Shown piece by piece: positions 28,604 through 38,061 of a stretch of DNA of 64,000 bases. The stretch comes from Candidatus Iainarchaeum sp. (GTDB taxonomy: Archaea; Iainarchaeota; Iainarchaeia; Iainarchaeales; JAZDEL01). The stretch spans positions 1,680 through 65,679 of the forward strand of contig JAZDEL010000009.1 in NCBI GenBank assembly GCA_043808785.1, written 5' to 3'. Numbering within the stretch: the stretch's first letter is position 1; the number at the start of each line of letters is the position of its first letter. Made by a program: the position numbers and the translations under genes. The notes under the pieces were generated by a model. It saw only the letters and a program-made list of their open reading frames with translations. It ran no database searches and was not told where the DNA came from.

Positions 28604-29647
28604 ATGAAGGCTATAGTTAAGGCTAAGCCCGGCAAGGGCGCGGAGATAAGGAAAGTGCCCATTCCCGTTCCAAAGGGCGGCGAGGTGCTGATAAAGGTTC
28701 TCGCAACCTCTATCTGCGGCACGGATGTGCACATTTACAACTGGGAGGGCGCATTCAAGGACCGCGTCAAGGCGCCGCAGATAATGGGGCACGAGTTTAT
28801 AGGGGAAATCGCCGAACTCGGCAAGGGCGTTACAAGCGTAAAGGTCGGCGACAGGGTTACTGCGGAAACTCACATCGTGTGCAACAAGTGCGACCAGTGC
28901 AAGACCGGCAATGCGCACGTATGCAAGGAAACCTCGATAATCGGCGTGGACAGGGACGGCTCGTTCGCGGAATATATCGCAATCCCCGAGGAGAACGCAT
29001 GGTTAACCAGCAAGGACATTCCCCTGCACGTTGCATCCGTGCAGGAGCCTTTGGGGAACGCCGTGCACGCAGCAATGGAGTTCGATGCAGCGGGAAAGAA
29101 TTGCGCTGTTTTCGGCTGCGGGCCGATAGGGCTTTTTTCAATCGCAATACTGAAAAAGAACGGCGCTGCAAAGGTAATCGCGCTTGACCTTAAGGACGAG
29201 CGCATAGAACTCGCGAAAAAGATGGGCGCGGATGCCGCAATAAAGGTCAACGGCAGGAGCGTTAAGGACGAGATAAGGGAGCACACGAACGGCACAGGCA
29301 TAAACCTCGCGCTCGAGATGTCGGGCAGCCCGCAGGCTGCGCACGACATTCTCGACACGCTTGTTATGGGCGGGGAAATGGTCTGGTTCGGCCTGCCTAA
29401 CGAGGAAATATGCATAGACATTTCCAACAAGGTGGTTTTCCGCGGGGTGAAGATGCACGGAGTGATAGGCAGGAAGATGTACGACACATGGTTCAAATCC
29501 AGGCGCCTGCTGAACTCGGGCCTTGACGTAAGCCCCGTGATAACTCACAAACTGCCCTTCGAGGAATGGGAAAAGGGCATGGAGCTGATGGGCAGCGGCA
29601 AGAGCGGGAAAATCGTGCTTTACCCGGACACGAAATACATGAAATGA
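28604..29647 (+). CDS. tdh: L-threonine 3-dehydrogenase (zinc ADH family)
   Basis: MKAIVKAKPGKG...ICGTDVHIYNWEG...GHEFIGEI (catalytic Zn), CNKCDQCKTGNAHVC (structural Zn), GCGPIGL (NAD). GGAGGGTGG is an SD 12 nt before the ATG. Confidence 0.9.
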   Translation: MKAIVKAKPGKGAEIRKVPIPVPKGGEVLIKVLATSICGTDVHIYNWEGAFKDRVKAPQIMGHEFIGEIAELGKGVTSVKVGDRVTAETHIVCNKCDQCKTGNAHVCKETSIIGVDRDGSFAEYIAIPEENAWLTSKDIPLHVASVQEPLGNAVHAAMEFDAAGKNCAVFGCGPIGLFSIAILKKNGAAKVIALDLKDERIELAKKMGADAAIKVNGRSVKDEIREHTNGTGINLALEMSGSPQAAHDILDTLVMGGEMVWFGLPNEEICIDISNKVVFRGVKMHGVIGRKMYDTWFKSRRLLNSGLDVSPVITHKLPFEEWEKGMELMGSGKSGKIVLYPDTKYMK

Positions 29648-29788
29648 AAATTATGGCGGGCAGTGCCCGGCACGAAATACATGAAATAATGTGCGATAGG
29701 AAACACAGATAGGGTTAAAACAAAAACCAGCGCCAACCCGCAGGTTTTTGTTTTTTTTGGTTTTCAATAGTTCTGAGGAGGTGCTCAA

Positions 29789-30973
29789 ATGCCTAACCCG
29801 ACAGATTTCATGAAAAATGTGGTGGATGACCTGAAAAGCAAGGACCTTTACTGGAACATCCGCGTGCTGCAGTCCGCAAGCACGCCGCGCGCGAAGGTCG
29901 ACGGAAGGGACGTGATAATGTTCTGCTCCAACAATTACCTCGGCCTGAGCGACCACCCGAAGCTTAAGGAAGCGGCGATAAACGCGGTAAAGAAATACGG
30001 CGCTGGTTCGGGGAGCGTAAGGGCTATTGCGGGCACAATGGATTTGCATGTGGAGCTTGAAAAGAAAATCGCAAAATTCAAGCACACCGAGGCAGCGCTC
30101 TACTACCAGTCGGGGTTCACGGTTAACTCCGGCCTCATACCCGCGCTGCTGGAGCAGGGCGATTTGGTCATAAGCGACGAACTCAACCACGGGAGCATAA
30201 TCGACGGTGTAAGGCTGACCAAGGCCGAGAGGGCGATTTACAAGCACAAGGACATGGAGGGGCTTGAGAAAATCCTCAAGGATGCGCAGGAGAAGAAATA
30301 CGGCAAAATCCTCGTTATTACGGACGGCGTTTTTTCAATGGACGGGGACATCGCGCCTTTGGACAAGATTGTGAATCTCTGCAAGCAGTACAATGCGCTG
30401 AGTTACGTGGATGACGCGCACGGCGACGGCGTTTTGGGGGACCACGGCCGCGGCATATCGCACCACTTCGGCGTTACGGGAAAGGTTGATTTCGATATGG
30501 CGACATTTTCAAAGGCGTTCGGCGTTGTAGGGGGCTGCGTTGCCGGCACTAAAGAGATGTGCGAATTTGCGTTCAACAAAAGCAGGACATGGCTCCTGAC
30601 AGGCTCGCACCCGCCCGCAACGGTTGCCTCGTGCATTGCAGCAATGGACCTGCTCGAGAACGACGACACGCTTGTGAAAAAGCTCTGGAGCAACACCAAA
30701 TACTTCAAGGCGGAACTGAAAAAGCTGGGGTTCGACACGGGGCAGAGCGAAACTCCCATCACGCCCGTGATGCTCGGCAAGAGCGAAACCGCAAAAAAAT
30801 TCAGCATGGAACTCTTCGAAAACGGCGTGTTCGCCTTGCCCATCGTGTTCCCGATGGTTGCGCAGGGCAAGGCACGCATAAGGACAATGGTTACGGCAGC
30901 GCACGGGAAGAAGGATTTGGACGATGCGCTCGCGGCGTTCGAGAAGGTCGGGAAAAAGCTGGCAGTGATCTGA
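29789..30973 (+). CDS. kbl: 2-amino-3-ketobutyrate CoA ligase (glycine C-acetyltransferase), PLP-dependent
   Basis: 394 aa. Class II aminotransferase fold with the PLP-lysine region ...ATFSKAFGVVGG. Directly follows tdh. Confidence 0.9.
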   Translation: MPNPTDFMKNVVDDLKSKDLYWNIRVLQSASTPRAKVDGRDVIMFCSNNYLGLSDHPKLKEAAINAVKKYGAGSGSVRAIAGTMDLHVELEKKIAKFKHTEAALYYQSGFTVNSGLIPALLEQGDLVISDELNHGSIIDGVRLTKAERAIYKHKDMEGLEKILKDAQEKKYGKILVITDGVFSMDGDIAPLDKIVNLCKQYNALSYVDDAHGDGVLGDHGRGISHHFGVTGKVDFDMATFSKAFGVVGGCVAGTKEMCEFAFNKSRTWLLTGSHPPATVASCIAAMDLLENDDTLVKKLWSNTKYFKAELKKLGFDTGQSETPITPVMLGKSETAKKFSMELFENGVFALPIVFPMVAQGKARIRTMVTAAHGKKDLDDALAAFEKVGKKLAVI

Positions 30974-31012
30974 GCCGCTCCGCAGGCGGAACAGAATGCT
31001 TTATAAACTATA

Positions 31013-31249
31013 GTGACCTATATATCTACTATGGTCACTACTATACAAATAAGCAGCGGCCTGAGGCAGGCGTTGCTTATGAGAAAGATGAACGATGCCG
31101 AGAGTTACGAGAACGTTATCTGGGACCTTCTTGAGGACTCCATGGAGCTGTCGGACGAAACCAAAAAGGAAATTGCGGAATCGCGCCGGGAGATAAAAGA
31201 AGGGAAATTCAAGCCTCTTGCCCAGGTGAAAAAAGGGCTGGGCTTTTGA
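31013..31249 (+). CDS. Antitoxin partner of RelE (RelB/RHH-like)
   Basis: Small acidic protein ...TIQISSGLRQALLMRKMNDAESYENVIWDLLEDSMELSDETKKEI... Its stop abuts the relE start. The start may be 31031. Confidence 0.5.
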   Translation: MTYISTMVTTIQISSGLRQALLMRKMNDAESYENVIWDLLEDSMELSDETKKEIAESRREIKEGKFKPLAQVKKGLGF

Positions 31250-31504
31250 ATGTACGAAGTCGTTTTCTCCGAAAAAGCCGAGCGGCAGCTGAAAAAGCTC
31301 GACAAAAAAACGCAGGAACGCGTCATTTCCGTTATTGAGAGGGTCAGAATAAGGCCCGAGGCGCACCTCCAGAAACTTATGGGGGAGCACGCGTACAAAA
31401 TACGGGTCGGGGATTATAGGGTTATTGTGGACCTGGATAACCGCAAAAAGATGCTTTTTATCCACAAGGTTGGTCACAGGAAAAACATTTACAACAAACT
31501 TTAA
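31250..31504 (+). CDS. relE: RelE/ParE-family mRNA-interferase toxin
   Basis: 84 aa MYEVVFSEKAERQLKKLDKKTQERVISVIERV...HAYKIRVGDYRVIVDLDNRKKMLFIHKVGHRKNIY, the canonical RelE/StbE pattern. Confidence 0.7.
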   Translation: MYEVVFSEKAERQLKKLDKKTQERVISVIERVRIRPEAHLQKLMGEHAYKIRVGDYRVIVDLDNRKKMLFIHKVGHRKNIYNKL

Positions 31505-31707
31505 CCCTTCCCGTAAATCATTGCCAAACCCGCGCCGAAAAGCACGAACGTGATTATAATCGCCCACGCCTTCCCGCTGACGAAAATGTAATCCCAGTCG
31601 ATTATATCCGTCACGGAAAGCAGGAACACCACTGCGGCAACCACAAGCAGCACGCCCGTGGTTGTGCGCATATTGTCCTTTTCCTTGTGCTCGCCCATGC
31701 CAACCAT
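31501..31707 (-). CDS. Small two-TM membrane protein
   Basis: 68 aa with two hydrophobic helices. Confidence 0.35.
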   Translation of the reverse strand: MVGMGEHKEKDNMRTTTGVLLVVAAVVFLLSVTDIIDWDYIFVSGKAWAIIITFVLFGAGLAMIYGKG

Positions 31708-31834
31708 TATGCCCCGAACCGCATAAAAGAGTTACCACTGGGCGGTTGGGACAGCTTGCCCCCCTTCCGCAGCCCCCCGCGCCGGTTTGCAGCAGGGGCG
31801 GCAAACCTTTAAATAACCCTGCAGCGTTATTTGT

Positions 31835-32416
31835 TTGTTGGTTTTTATGCCCTCCGCGAAAAAACCCAAAAAACTTTCCGCGCGCGCGAAGGCGCATTAC
31901 CTCAAAATTTCCTTCGGGATTTCAAAGGACCGTACGCCCGAGGTTTACGATTTCTTCTTCAGGCATCTCCCCCCCGTGCTGCATGCAATGCGCGCGGGAA
32001 TTGTTGAAATAGAACTGGAGCGCCTCGAGCCGCTGGACAGGACGCACACAAACCTTGCCGTGAGTAGGGAAGAACTGCTGCGCATCTTCGGCAGGTTCGT
32101 TAAATGCCACCACCTTGAGAGAGAGCCGTCCCTCGCATTCGAAAAGGCGCGCACCTCGGTAATGGCGCACGTGCACACGGAAAGGCTGGGCTGCCTCCTG
32201 CAGGATTACAACATCCTCTTTGACATGTTCTTTACGGACATAACCGTGAAAACGAAAAAGCCCGCGCTCACAATCGACATGATGGACGGCTTCTCGAATT
32301 CCGTCCTGGTTTTCGGGGAAGGAGCCGCGGTGAAAAAGTTCCGCTCCCTGCTCTCGAAAAGGATGAAGCGCCCGAAGTTCAAGGATGTTTCCCGCAAATC
32401 CGCGGGGAAAAAATAA
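31835..32416 (+). CDS. Hypothetical protein
   Basis: 193-aa ORF ending about 70 nt before tRNA-Arg. The overlapping minus ORF is judged antisense. No domain recognised. Confidence 0.3.
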   Translation: MLVFMPSAKKPKKLSARAKAHYLKISFGISKDRTPEVYDFFFRHLPPVLHAMRAGIVEIELERLEPLDRTHTNLAVSREELLRIFGRFVKCHHLEREPSLAFEKARTSVMAHVHTERLGCLLQDYNILFDMFFTDITVKTKKPALTIDMMDGFSNSVLVFGEGAAVKKFRSLLSKRMKRPKFKDVSRKSAGKK

Positions 32417-32443
32417 GGCCCCTTTCGGATAACGGAAGGGCAA

Positions 32444-32458
32444 CGGAACCATTTTATT
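32444..32458 (+). promoter_or_regulatory. BRE/TATA-like element CGGAACCATTTTATT about 35 nt upstream of tRNA-Arg
   Basis: Matches the GGAACCAAATATTTAT motif repeated at 49143, 49697 and 49745. Confidence 0.45.
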
Positions 32459-32488
32459 CCTGTTTGACGTGAGTTCTGTATGCGCACG

Positions 32489-32577
32489 GGACCCGTAGCC
32501 TAGCCTGGACAGGGCATCTGGCTTCTACCTCCCCGGAAGTTACCAGAAGGTCGAGGGTTCAAATCCCTCCGGGTCCA
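32489..32577 (+). tRNA. tRNA-Arg(TCT) with a 14-nt intron after position 37
   Basis: Acceptor GGACCCG/CGGGUCC. D arm GCCU..GGGC. Anticodon stem UCUGG / CCAGA interrupted by CCUCCCCGGAAGUU. T arm GAGGG-UUCAAAU-CCCUC. Discriminator A. No encoded CCA. Confidence 0.75.
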
Positions 32578-32580
32578 CTA

Positions 32581-32725
32581 CAGCCTTTTCGGAGCGTGGG
32601 GCTTCGCTATTTTGCCTGCGGGCAAAATGCGCGCATTCGGCTCAAGCCGAATAGCGTCAGCCCCACTTCCAAAAGCCTGGGGAAAACTGAAAGCACGTGG
32701 GCTGCCTTCGGCAGCCCGGTAATGC
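32581..32725 (+). ncRNA. Stable-RNA trailer module, copy 2 (directly 3' of tRNA-Arg)
   Basis: CAGCCUUUUCGGAGCGUGGGGCU..[two internal hairpins]..AGCCCCACUUCCAAAAG, then GGGCUGCC-UUCG-GCAGCCC, then GGUAAUGC. Its end overlaps ATG 32722. Confidence 0.5.
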
Positions 32726-33510
32726 ATATGTCCGACTTCAAAAAAGTTGGCGAAAAAATGCCCGAAATAATTCCCGAAAAGCCGCGCGCGGAAATTCCCG
32801 CGAGGGGAAGCGCAGCGGAGCTTCCCGCGGAGGAAAAGCGCGCGGAAATTCCCGCGGATGAACGCCGCGGGCGCGGGAAAGCGCCCGAAGAAATTTCCCG
32901 CGGCGAAAGCCCCGAGGAAACCGCCGCGGAGAAAAACGCAGGGGAACAAACTTTCCTTCTCGAGGCGCGCAGGCAGTTCATCCACTTCCTCTTCGGGAAC
33001 CTTTTCCTCGTGCTTATACTCCTTGCGGGGACCGAAACCGCTTTCGGCGTCCTCCTTGCGTGCCTCGCCGCGGGTGCAATAGTTTCCATCCTGATAAAGG
33101 CGGATGTGAGGGTGCCGTTTTTTTACGATATCATCCAGACCGTCGAAAGGGAGCATGAGAAGGAACTCCCCGGGCAGGGCGCGATACTGTTTTTTATTTC
33201 CGCGATAATCACAATCGCCATATTTCAGGATAAATTGATAGTCCTCGGCGCGCTCTCCGCGCTGATTTATGGGGACAGCATTTCAACAATTTTCGGCATG
33301 CGGTTCGGGAAAACAAGGATTGCGGGGAATAGGACGCTTGAGGGTTCGGCTGCAGGTTTTGTTGCGATGCTGCCCGTCCTGCTTGTACTCTTCCCCGTGC
33401 ACGTTGCGCTCATCACGGCGCTCGCCGCGATGCTCGCGGAATTACCGCCGGTGAACGACAATTTCACGATTCCGATTGCCGCGGCGATAGCGCTTTCTAT
33501 TTTGCTTTAA
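32722..33510 (+). CDS. CdsA/dolichol-kinase-family membrane cytidylyltransferase or kinase
   Basis: Polytopic membrane protein with the family signature ...GDSISTIFGMRFGKTRIAGNRTLEGSAAGF... Confidence 0.55.
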   Translation: MHMSDFKKVGEKMPEIIPEKPRAEIPARGSAAELPAEEKRAEIPADERRGRGKAPEEISRGESPEETAAEKNAGEQTFLLEARRQFIHFLFGNLFLVLILLAGTETAFGVLLACLAAGAIVSILIKADVRVPFFYDIIQTVEREHEKELPGQGAILFFISAIITIAIFQDKLIVLGALSALIYGDSISTIFGMRFGKTRIAGNRTLEGSAAGFVAMLPVLLVLFPVHVALITALAAMLAELPPVNDNFTIPIAAAIALSILL

Positions 33511-33868
33511 CCGCGCGGGTTTGCGCAAAAGACTTATAATGGTTTTGCCCCTGGGTTTTTTCGGATGATATTCTGCCTACACGCGAAAGAAGCATTGCAA
33601 AAACAATAACCTTCAGGATAATCGCGACAATCGCAACCGTCGTGCTTGTGCTTGTTTTCACCGGCGACCTCGCCATTGCGGGAGCCATAGGCGCCCTGGA
33701 CTTTGTTTCAAAGCTCGCAATCTATTACCTCCACGAGCGCGCGTGGGCGAAAATAAAGTGGGGCAGGCGCGCTGCCCGAGATCACTGAATTTTTTCATTA
33801 CGGCCTGTTTTCCCTCGGCTTAAGCATTTCGGCTTCGCCGCTCTTCGCGCCCTTCGGGATGTTTGATA

Positions 33869-35095
33869 TCATTCTGCAACATCGCCGCCTTCAAGCATCC
33901 ATTTCCAGGCCGGCTTGACGGCAATACTCTTGCCCCTCTCTTTTATCGCATCTTCCTGGCCGTGTGTGACTATCACGCCCTTTTTTAAATTAAACTTTTC
34001 AAGGGCTTCCAAAAGCCCTGAAATTTCCCTTTCCTTGTTGTCATCGTTTATGGACCAGCATACCTGAACCGCATCGGTAATTTTTCCCTTTTTCCCGATA
34101 ACGAAGTCGCACTCGTGCTCTTTCCTAAAATAAAAAATTTCCCCGTGTTTTCTCCTAAGGTGCAGGAAGACCTGGTTTTCGAGCATCCTCCCGCTGTCTT
34201 TTGAGAACGATATTGAATTCGCCGCCGACAGCCCGTTGTCTATGGAATAGGCTTTTTTCGGGCTTGCCTGCTGTTCTTTGTAAGAGTAGCTGAATTTCGG
34301 GATAGTGAATATCAGGTAGGAATCCTCAAAGAATGAAATATAGTCAATAATGCTCTGTACCGAGGCCACTGAAAATGTTTTTTTCAGGGAATTGTATGAA
34401 AACTCCTTCCCGACGTTGCTGACCAGGTATATCGCCAGTTTTTTCAGCAAGTCGGAATTTCTTATGCCGAACCTGACAGCCACGTCCCGCATAATAACGT
34501 CCCTCAAAAGTTCCTGCAGCGCATATCCCTCTCTCTTTTCAAGGTATTCCGGGAAGCCGCCCGCAGTTAAGTATTTTGCAAAGGAATCCGCAGACGGCCT
34601 GTGCTTATGGTACCGCAGGAATTCCCTGTAGGAAAAGGGGAATAATTCGTGGCTTAAGTGCCTGCCGGTTAAAAGCGTTCCGAGTTCCCTGCTCAGGAGC
34701 GATGCATTGGAGCCAGTCAATACGACCTTTTCTTTTTTGTCTACGAGCCAGCGCACAAATTTTTCCCATTTCGGAACCGTTTGAATCTCGTCGAAAAAAT
34801 AAGTTCCCCCCGTCCCGTAACGCTCTTTGAAAATTTCGTCCGCTTTCGTGAAGTCGGACAGCTCGAAGCCGTTCAGCCTGATGTCCTCCAGATTAATGTA
34901 ATAAAAATTTCTCTCCCTCTTTAAGAGCTGTTTTAAAAGCGTGCTTTTTCCGCAGCGCCTTATCCCCGAAATGACTACCGCGAAGGAAGTGGTCGGCTTT
35001 ACAAAAGCAAGGTCTTCCCTGGGGACGGTTTTCCCGCCCTTGTCGTGTTCTTCCCTCTGTGTGGCAATCACGGCCTCCAATTTGTCTTTAAGCAT
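33869..35095 (-). CDS. AAA+ ATPase of the AAA_14/DUF4143 family
   Basis: Walker A GIRRCGKSTLL, Walker B YFFDEIQ, and a C-terminal DUF4143-like region. Confidence 0.7.
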   Translation of the reverse strand: MLKDKLEAVIATQREEHDKGGKTVPREDLAFVKPTTSFAVVISGIRRCGKSTLLKQLLKRERNFYYINLEDIRLNGFELSDFTKADEIFKERYGTGGTYFFDEIQTVPKWEKFVRWLVDKKEKVVLTGSNASLLSRELGTLLTGRHLSHELFPFSYREFLRYHKHRPSADSFAKYLTAGGFPEYLEKREGYALQELLRDVIMRDVAVRFGIRNSDLLKKLAIYLVSNVGKEFSYNSLKKTFSVASVQSIIDYISFFEDSYLIFTIPKFSYSYKEQQASPKKAYSIDNGLSAANSISFSKDSGRMLENQVFLHLRRKHGEIFYFRKEHECDFVIGKKGKITDAVQVCWSINDDNKEREISGLLEALEKFNLKKGVIVTHGQEDAIKERGKSIAVKPAWKWMLEGGDVAE

Positions 35096-35188
35096 GAGAT
35101 AATGGTGCCCAAAAACAAATATAAACCTTTCTATTAGAAATAGAAACTAACTTCTATTGCTAATAGACACTAAACTAAAAAAATCTTT

Positions 35189-35271
35189 TGCGGGGTGGAG
35201 GATTCGAACCCCCGTAAGCACTAAGCTACGGGCCCTCAACCCGCTCCCGTTAGCCACTTGGGTAACCCCGC
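35189..35271 (-). tRNA. tRNA-Leu(GAG)
   Basis: The reverse complement folds with acceptor GCGGGGU/ACCCCGC, anticodon loop UUGAGGG, a 14-nt variable arm and T arm GGGGG-UUCGAAU-CCUCC. Followed by an oligo-T run (CAAAAGATTTTTTT) that looks like a terminator. Confidence 0.85.
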
Positions 35272-35496
35272 GCCGGACAGATCCGGCGGCGATCTGTCCC
35301 GTCTTCGCTTATGCTCGACGGGACTAGCCTGCACGCCAAACTATCCTGGACAATTTTCTGTTGCAAAGCCCTTTTTATGCTTTCCGCATGCCGCGCATTC
35401 GGGAAAGCAGCAGCCTGCATGGTTTATATAGTTGGTTTTCCGTTTCTTTTTGTGGCGAAAAATAAAACCCTTGTTACTGGGCGCGGGCCTGTTGAT

Positions 35497-36630
35497 ATGG
35501 GAAGGCGCCGGTTTCTGGGCAAAAGTGCGAAGGCTGTATTGGGTGTTGCGGGCATTGCAGGCGCTGCTCTTGCGGCTGCAAAGGCACAGAAATTGGGCAA
35601 ATGGTTTTTCTGGTTCACGCATCGAAGGAGCCGGGTGGCAATGGAGGAGACACTGCGCAAGAATTTCGAAAAGTGGAAGGGAAATGCCTCATTCACAGTC
35701 CTTGCCACGCGGCATGCCTCTTTTTCAAAGGGCAATCGTTGCGTACAGATTGCCGATGAGGCCGAAAAGGCAGGCAGGCCTTTCCACATGCTCATTCTGG
35801 AGAGTGCAGACATGATTGAGGGCAAGCGCGAGGCAAAGGAGGCAAAGATTAACTCGCGCATTAGCGAGCTTAGGCGCCGCTATGCGAAAGATATTGCCGA
35901 CGGGAGATTTTCCTCTGTCAAATCGGGGCTTAAAGATATTTTCAAGCCGCACATGCATTCCAGAACCCTCGAATTTCACGTTGGCGTTCTGCTTGCCGCG
36001 GTTAAGCACGGCTTGGTTGTGAAATTTGCAGAGGAGTATTCCCCCGGGTATTTGAAGCGTTTGGACGACCTGTACGGCAAAACGAAGCGCGTTACTGCTC
36101 CGGATATTACTGACCCTGGATACGCCCCGACTTCGGCAATCAGGATGAAAATTGCAGAAGGTGCCGCCATTTACCGCAGGTATATTGTGGCAAGGGACAA
36201 TGCCATGCTGGAAACAACCCCTAAGGCGGTTGCGGAAGTAAGGCGCGACAACCCCGGCATGAGGGAGCGCAAAGTTCGCGCGTTGGTCGTGGTTGGAACA
36301 AGACATTATGGCGTGGCGGGGCGGCTCAGCGGGAAGGGGAGCATACTTGTATCGGACCCCGAATACCTCTATGCTGCAGTTGTTGACATTTCACTCTCGC
36401 AGGGCCATGCCTTCGATTCGAACCTTGCAGTTTCAAGGGCAACCTTGGCATCCTTTGTGCATAATGCGCACAGAGCCTATCTGGAATCGGACCCTGCACG
36501 GGCAGAGAGGCTCTTCCAAAGGCTTTCCCGCCTGTCTCTTCAGGAGGCCGATTCCATACTTTCCAAATTGGAAAATCGTACATTCGTGGATAGGGCAGAG
36601 CGTGCCGAAGCTCTTCTTCTTGGGAAGTGA
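35497..36630 (+). CDS. Tat-secreted hypothetical protein
   Basis: ATG 35497 gives MGRRRFLGKSAKAVLGVAGIAGAALAAAKA, a twin-arginine signal. A 360-aa mature domain of unknown function. Confidence 0.55.
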   Translation: MGRRRFLGKSAKAVLGVAGIAGAALAAAKAQKLGKWFFWFTHRRSRVAMEETLRKNFEKWKGNASFTVLATRHASFSKGNRCVQIADEAEKAGRPFHMLILESADMIEGKREAKEAKINSRISELRRRYAKDIADGRFSSVKSGLKDIFKPHMHSRTLEFHVGVLLAAVKHGLVVKFAEEYSPGYLKRLDDLYGKTKRVTAPDITDPGYAPTSAIRMKIAEGAAIYRRYIVARDNAMLETTPKAVAEVRRDNPGMRERKVRALVVVGTRHYGVAGRLSGKGSILVSDPEYLYAAVVDISLSQGHAFDSNLAVSRATLASFVHNAHRAYLESDPARAERLFQRLSRLSLQEADSILSKLENRTFVDRAERAEALLLGK

Positions 36631-36652
36631 TGCGCCCCATTCCGGCGCAAAA

Positions 36653-37072
36653 TTACTTGCATAAGGCTTTTTTTATCTTTTCCGAATAGCGCGCGCTTTC
36701 CCCTTCCGCATACTTCCCCTGCGGCCAGAGGTGCAGCCCGTCGTTCTCATACCTCGGGATAATATGGAAATGTATGTGCGGAACCACTTGTCCCGCACCC
36801 TTGCCATTGTTGACGTGCAGGTTGAAGCCATTTGCCCCCAAACCCTTAACCGCCGCGGCGCCGATTTTTTTAACCGCGGACATCATTGCGCAAATGTCCT
36901 TTTCAGGGGCGTCAAGCAGGTTCTCGGAATGGTTCCTTGCAACAACCAAAGTGTGCCCTTTTGTTGTGGGTGCAATGTCAAGGAACGCCACAACCTCGGC
37001 GTCACTGTAAACAAAATCCGCGGGAATTTTCCCGCTTATTATTTTGCAGAAGATGCAGTTTTCATTATTCAT
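36653..37072 (-). CDS. HIT-family (histidine triad) nucleotide hydrolase
   Basis: N-terminal CIFCKII and the triad HIHFHIIPR. Start ATG 37072 (or GTG 37081) follows the SD AGGTGA. Confidence 0.85.
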   Translation of the reverse strand: MNNENCIFCKIISGKIPADFVYSDAEVVAFLDIAPTTKGHTLVVARNHSENLLDAPEKDICAMMSAVKKIGAAAVKGLGANGFNLHVNNGKGAGQVVPHIHFHIIPRYENDGLHLWPQGKYAEGESARYSEKIKKALCK

Positions 37073-37186
37073 TGCATTCACCTGCCCGCAGCAGCGGGCT
37101 GTTCTTTTTGCAGGCTAACGTTTTTCGCAAACCTTTTGGAAGTGGGTTTGAGCCCAAGCGAAAACCCACGCTCCGAAAAGGTTTAA
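37070..37186 (-). ncRNA. Stable-RNA trailer module, copy 3 (directly 3' of tRNA-Ser-GGA, minus strand)
   Basis: rc: ACCUUUUCGGAGCGUGGGUUU..AAACCCACUUCCAAAAG, then GCCCGC-UGCU-GCGGGC, then AGGUGAAUGC, ending in the HIT start codon. Confidence 0.5.
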
Positions 37187-37269
37187 CGCGGGGAACGAGA
37201 TTCGAACTCGTGCATCCAGAGGATAACAGCTTTCCAGGCTGCCGCGTTAGACCGCTCCGCCATCCCCGC
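37187..37269 (-). tRNA. tRNA-Ser(GGA)
   Basis: rc: acceptor GCGGGGA/UCCCCGC, anticodon stem GCAGC/GCUGU with loop CUGGAAA, long variable arm, T arm ACGAG-UUCGAAU-CUCGU, discriminator G. Confidence 0.85.
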
Positions 37270-37277
37270 ATTTGCTT

Positions 37278-37928
37278 TCATTTAAGTTTCTTCAGCGCCT
37301 CCACCGCGGTTTTCATATTCTTTGCGTGAATAACATAAGAGCCCGCGCAGAGCATGTCCGCGCCCGCATCAACGGCAAGTTTTCCCGTCTGCATGTTTAT
37401 TCCGCCGTCCGCTGCAAGCACGCATTTATGCCCGCCCTTATCGATTGCCCTGCGCAGGGCGCGCACCTTCTCAAGGTTCTTTCCGATGAAGCCCTGCCCC
37501 CCGATTCCCGCCTCCACTGCCATAACCAAAACCAAATCCGCGGTTTTCAGGTATGGCATAGCCCTTTCCGCGGGAATTTTGTTGTTAACCGCGATGCCCG
37601 CCCGTAACCCGAGCGATTTTATTTTTTTTATTGTTTTTTCGGGCGCGGGAGAGGTTTCTAAATGGAATGTTATCGCATTTGCGCCCGCCTTTGCATAATC
37701 ATCAAGAACCCTGTCGGGTTCCTTAACCATCAAATGCGCGTCGATGTAAATTTTTGTTTTTTCCCTGATTTCGCGCAACTCCTTCACGCCGAACTTTTTC
37801 GCGGGAACATATTTGCCGTCCATCACATCGAGGTGCAACTCATCCGCGCCCGCCCTTTCGATTTCCTTAAGCGCCTGCGGAAGTTTTGCCTCCTCAGCGG
37901 AAAGCACGGAAACCCCTAACCTTGCCAT
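37278..37928 (-). CDS. rpe: Ribulose-phosphate 3-epimerase
   Basis: MARLGVSVLSAE...ELHLDVMDGKYVP...ADGG... with the conserved catalytic Asp/His pattern of Rpe. Confidence 0.85.
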   Translation of the reverse strand: MARLGVSVLSAEEAKLPQALKEIERAGADELHLDVMDGKYVPAKKFGVKELREIREKTKIYIDAHLMVKEPDRVLDDYAKAGANAITFHLETSPAPEKTIKKIKSLGLRAGIAVNNKIPAERAMPYLKTADLVLVMAVEAGIGGQGFIGKNLEKVRALRRAIDKGGHKCVLAADGGINMQTGKLAVDAGADMLCAGSYVIHAKNMKTAVEALKKLK

Positions 37929-38061
37929 AAAAACCCCTGAACGGTTGCCCAAGTAAAATAGGCATGGCGTGGTTTTTAAGGGTTTTGTTCATGCCCTGCC
38001 TTGCCAGGCCTCAATATCGTTAACTATATATTAACCTGAATGATTATACTAACGGCTCTTC

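Noticed and set aside
31922-32452. Minus-strand ORF 31922..32452 as the real gene instead of 31835..32416 (+)
   Set aside because: Neither is strongly supported. The plus-strand ORF is longer, and it avoids running into the tRNA-Arg promoter region. Both are kept at low confidence, with only the plus ORF listed.
5806-32725. The repeated element after rnpB (5.8 kb) and after tRNA-Arg (32.6 kb) could be attL/attR of a ~27-kb integrated element
   Set aside because: The intervening DNA is core housekeeping (alaS, carAB, leuS, argS, argF, purF, tdh-kbl), not mobile-element-like. There is no integrase. Two further copies follow other tRNAs on the opposite strand. The copies also differ by compensatory substitutions rather than being identical att cores.
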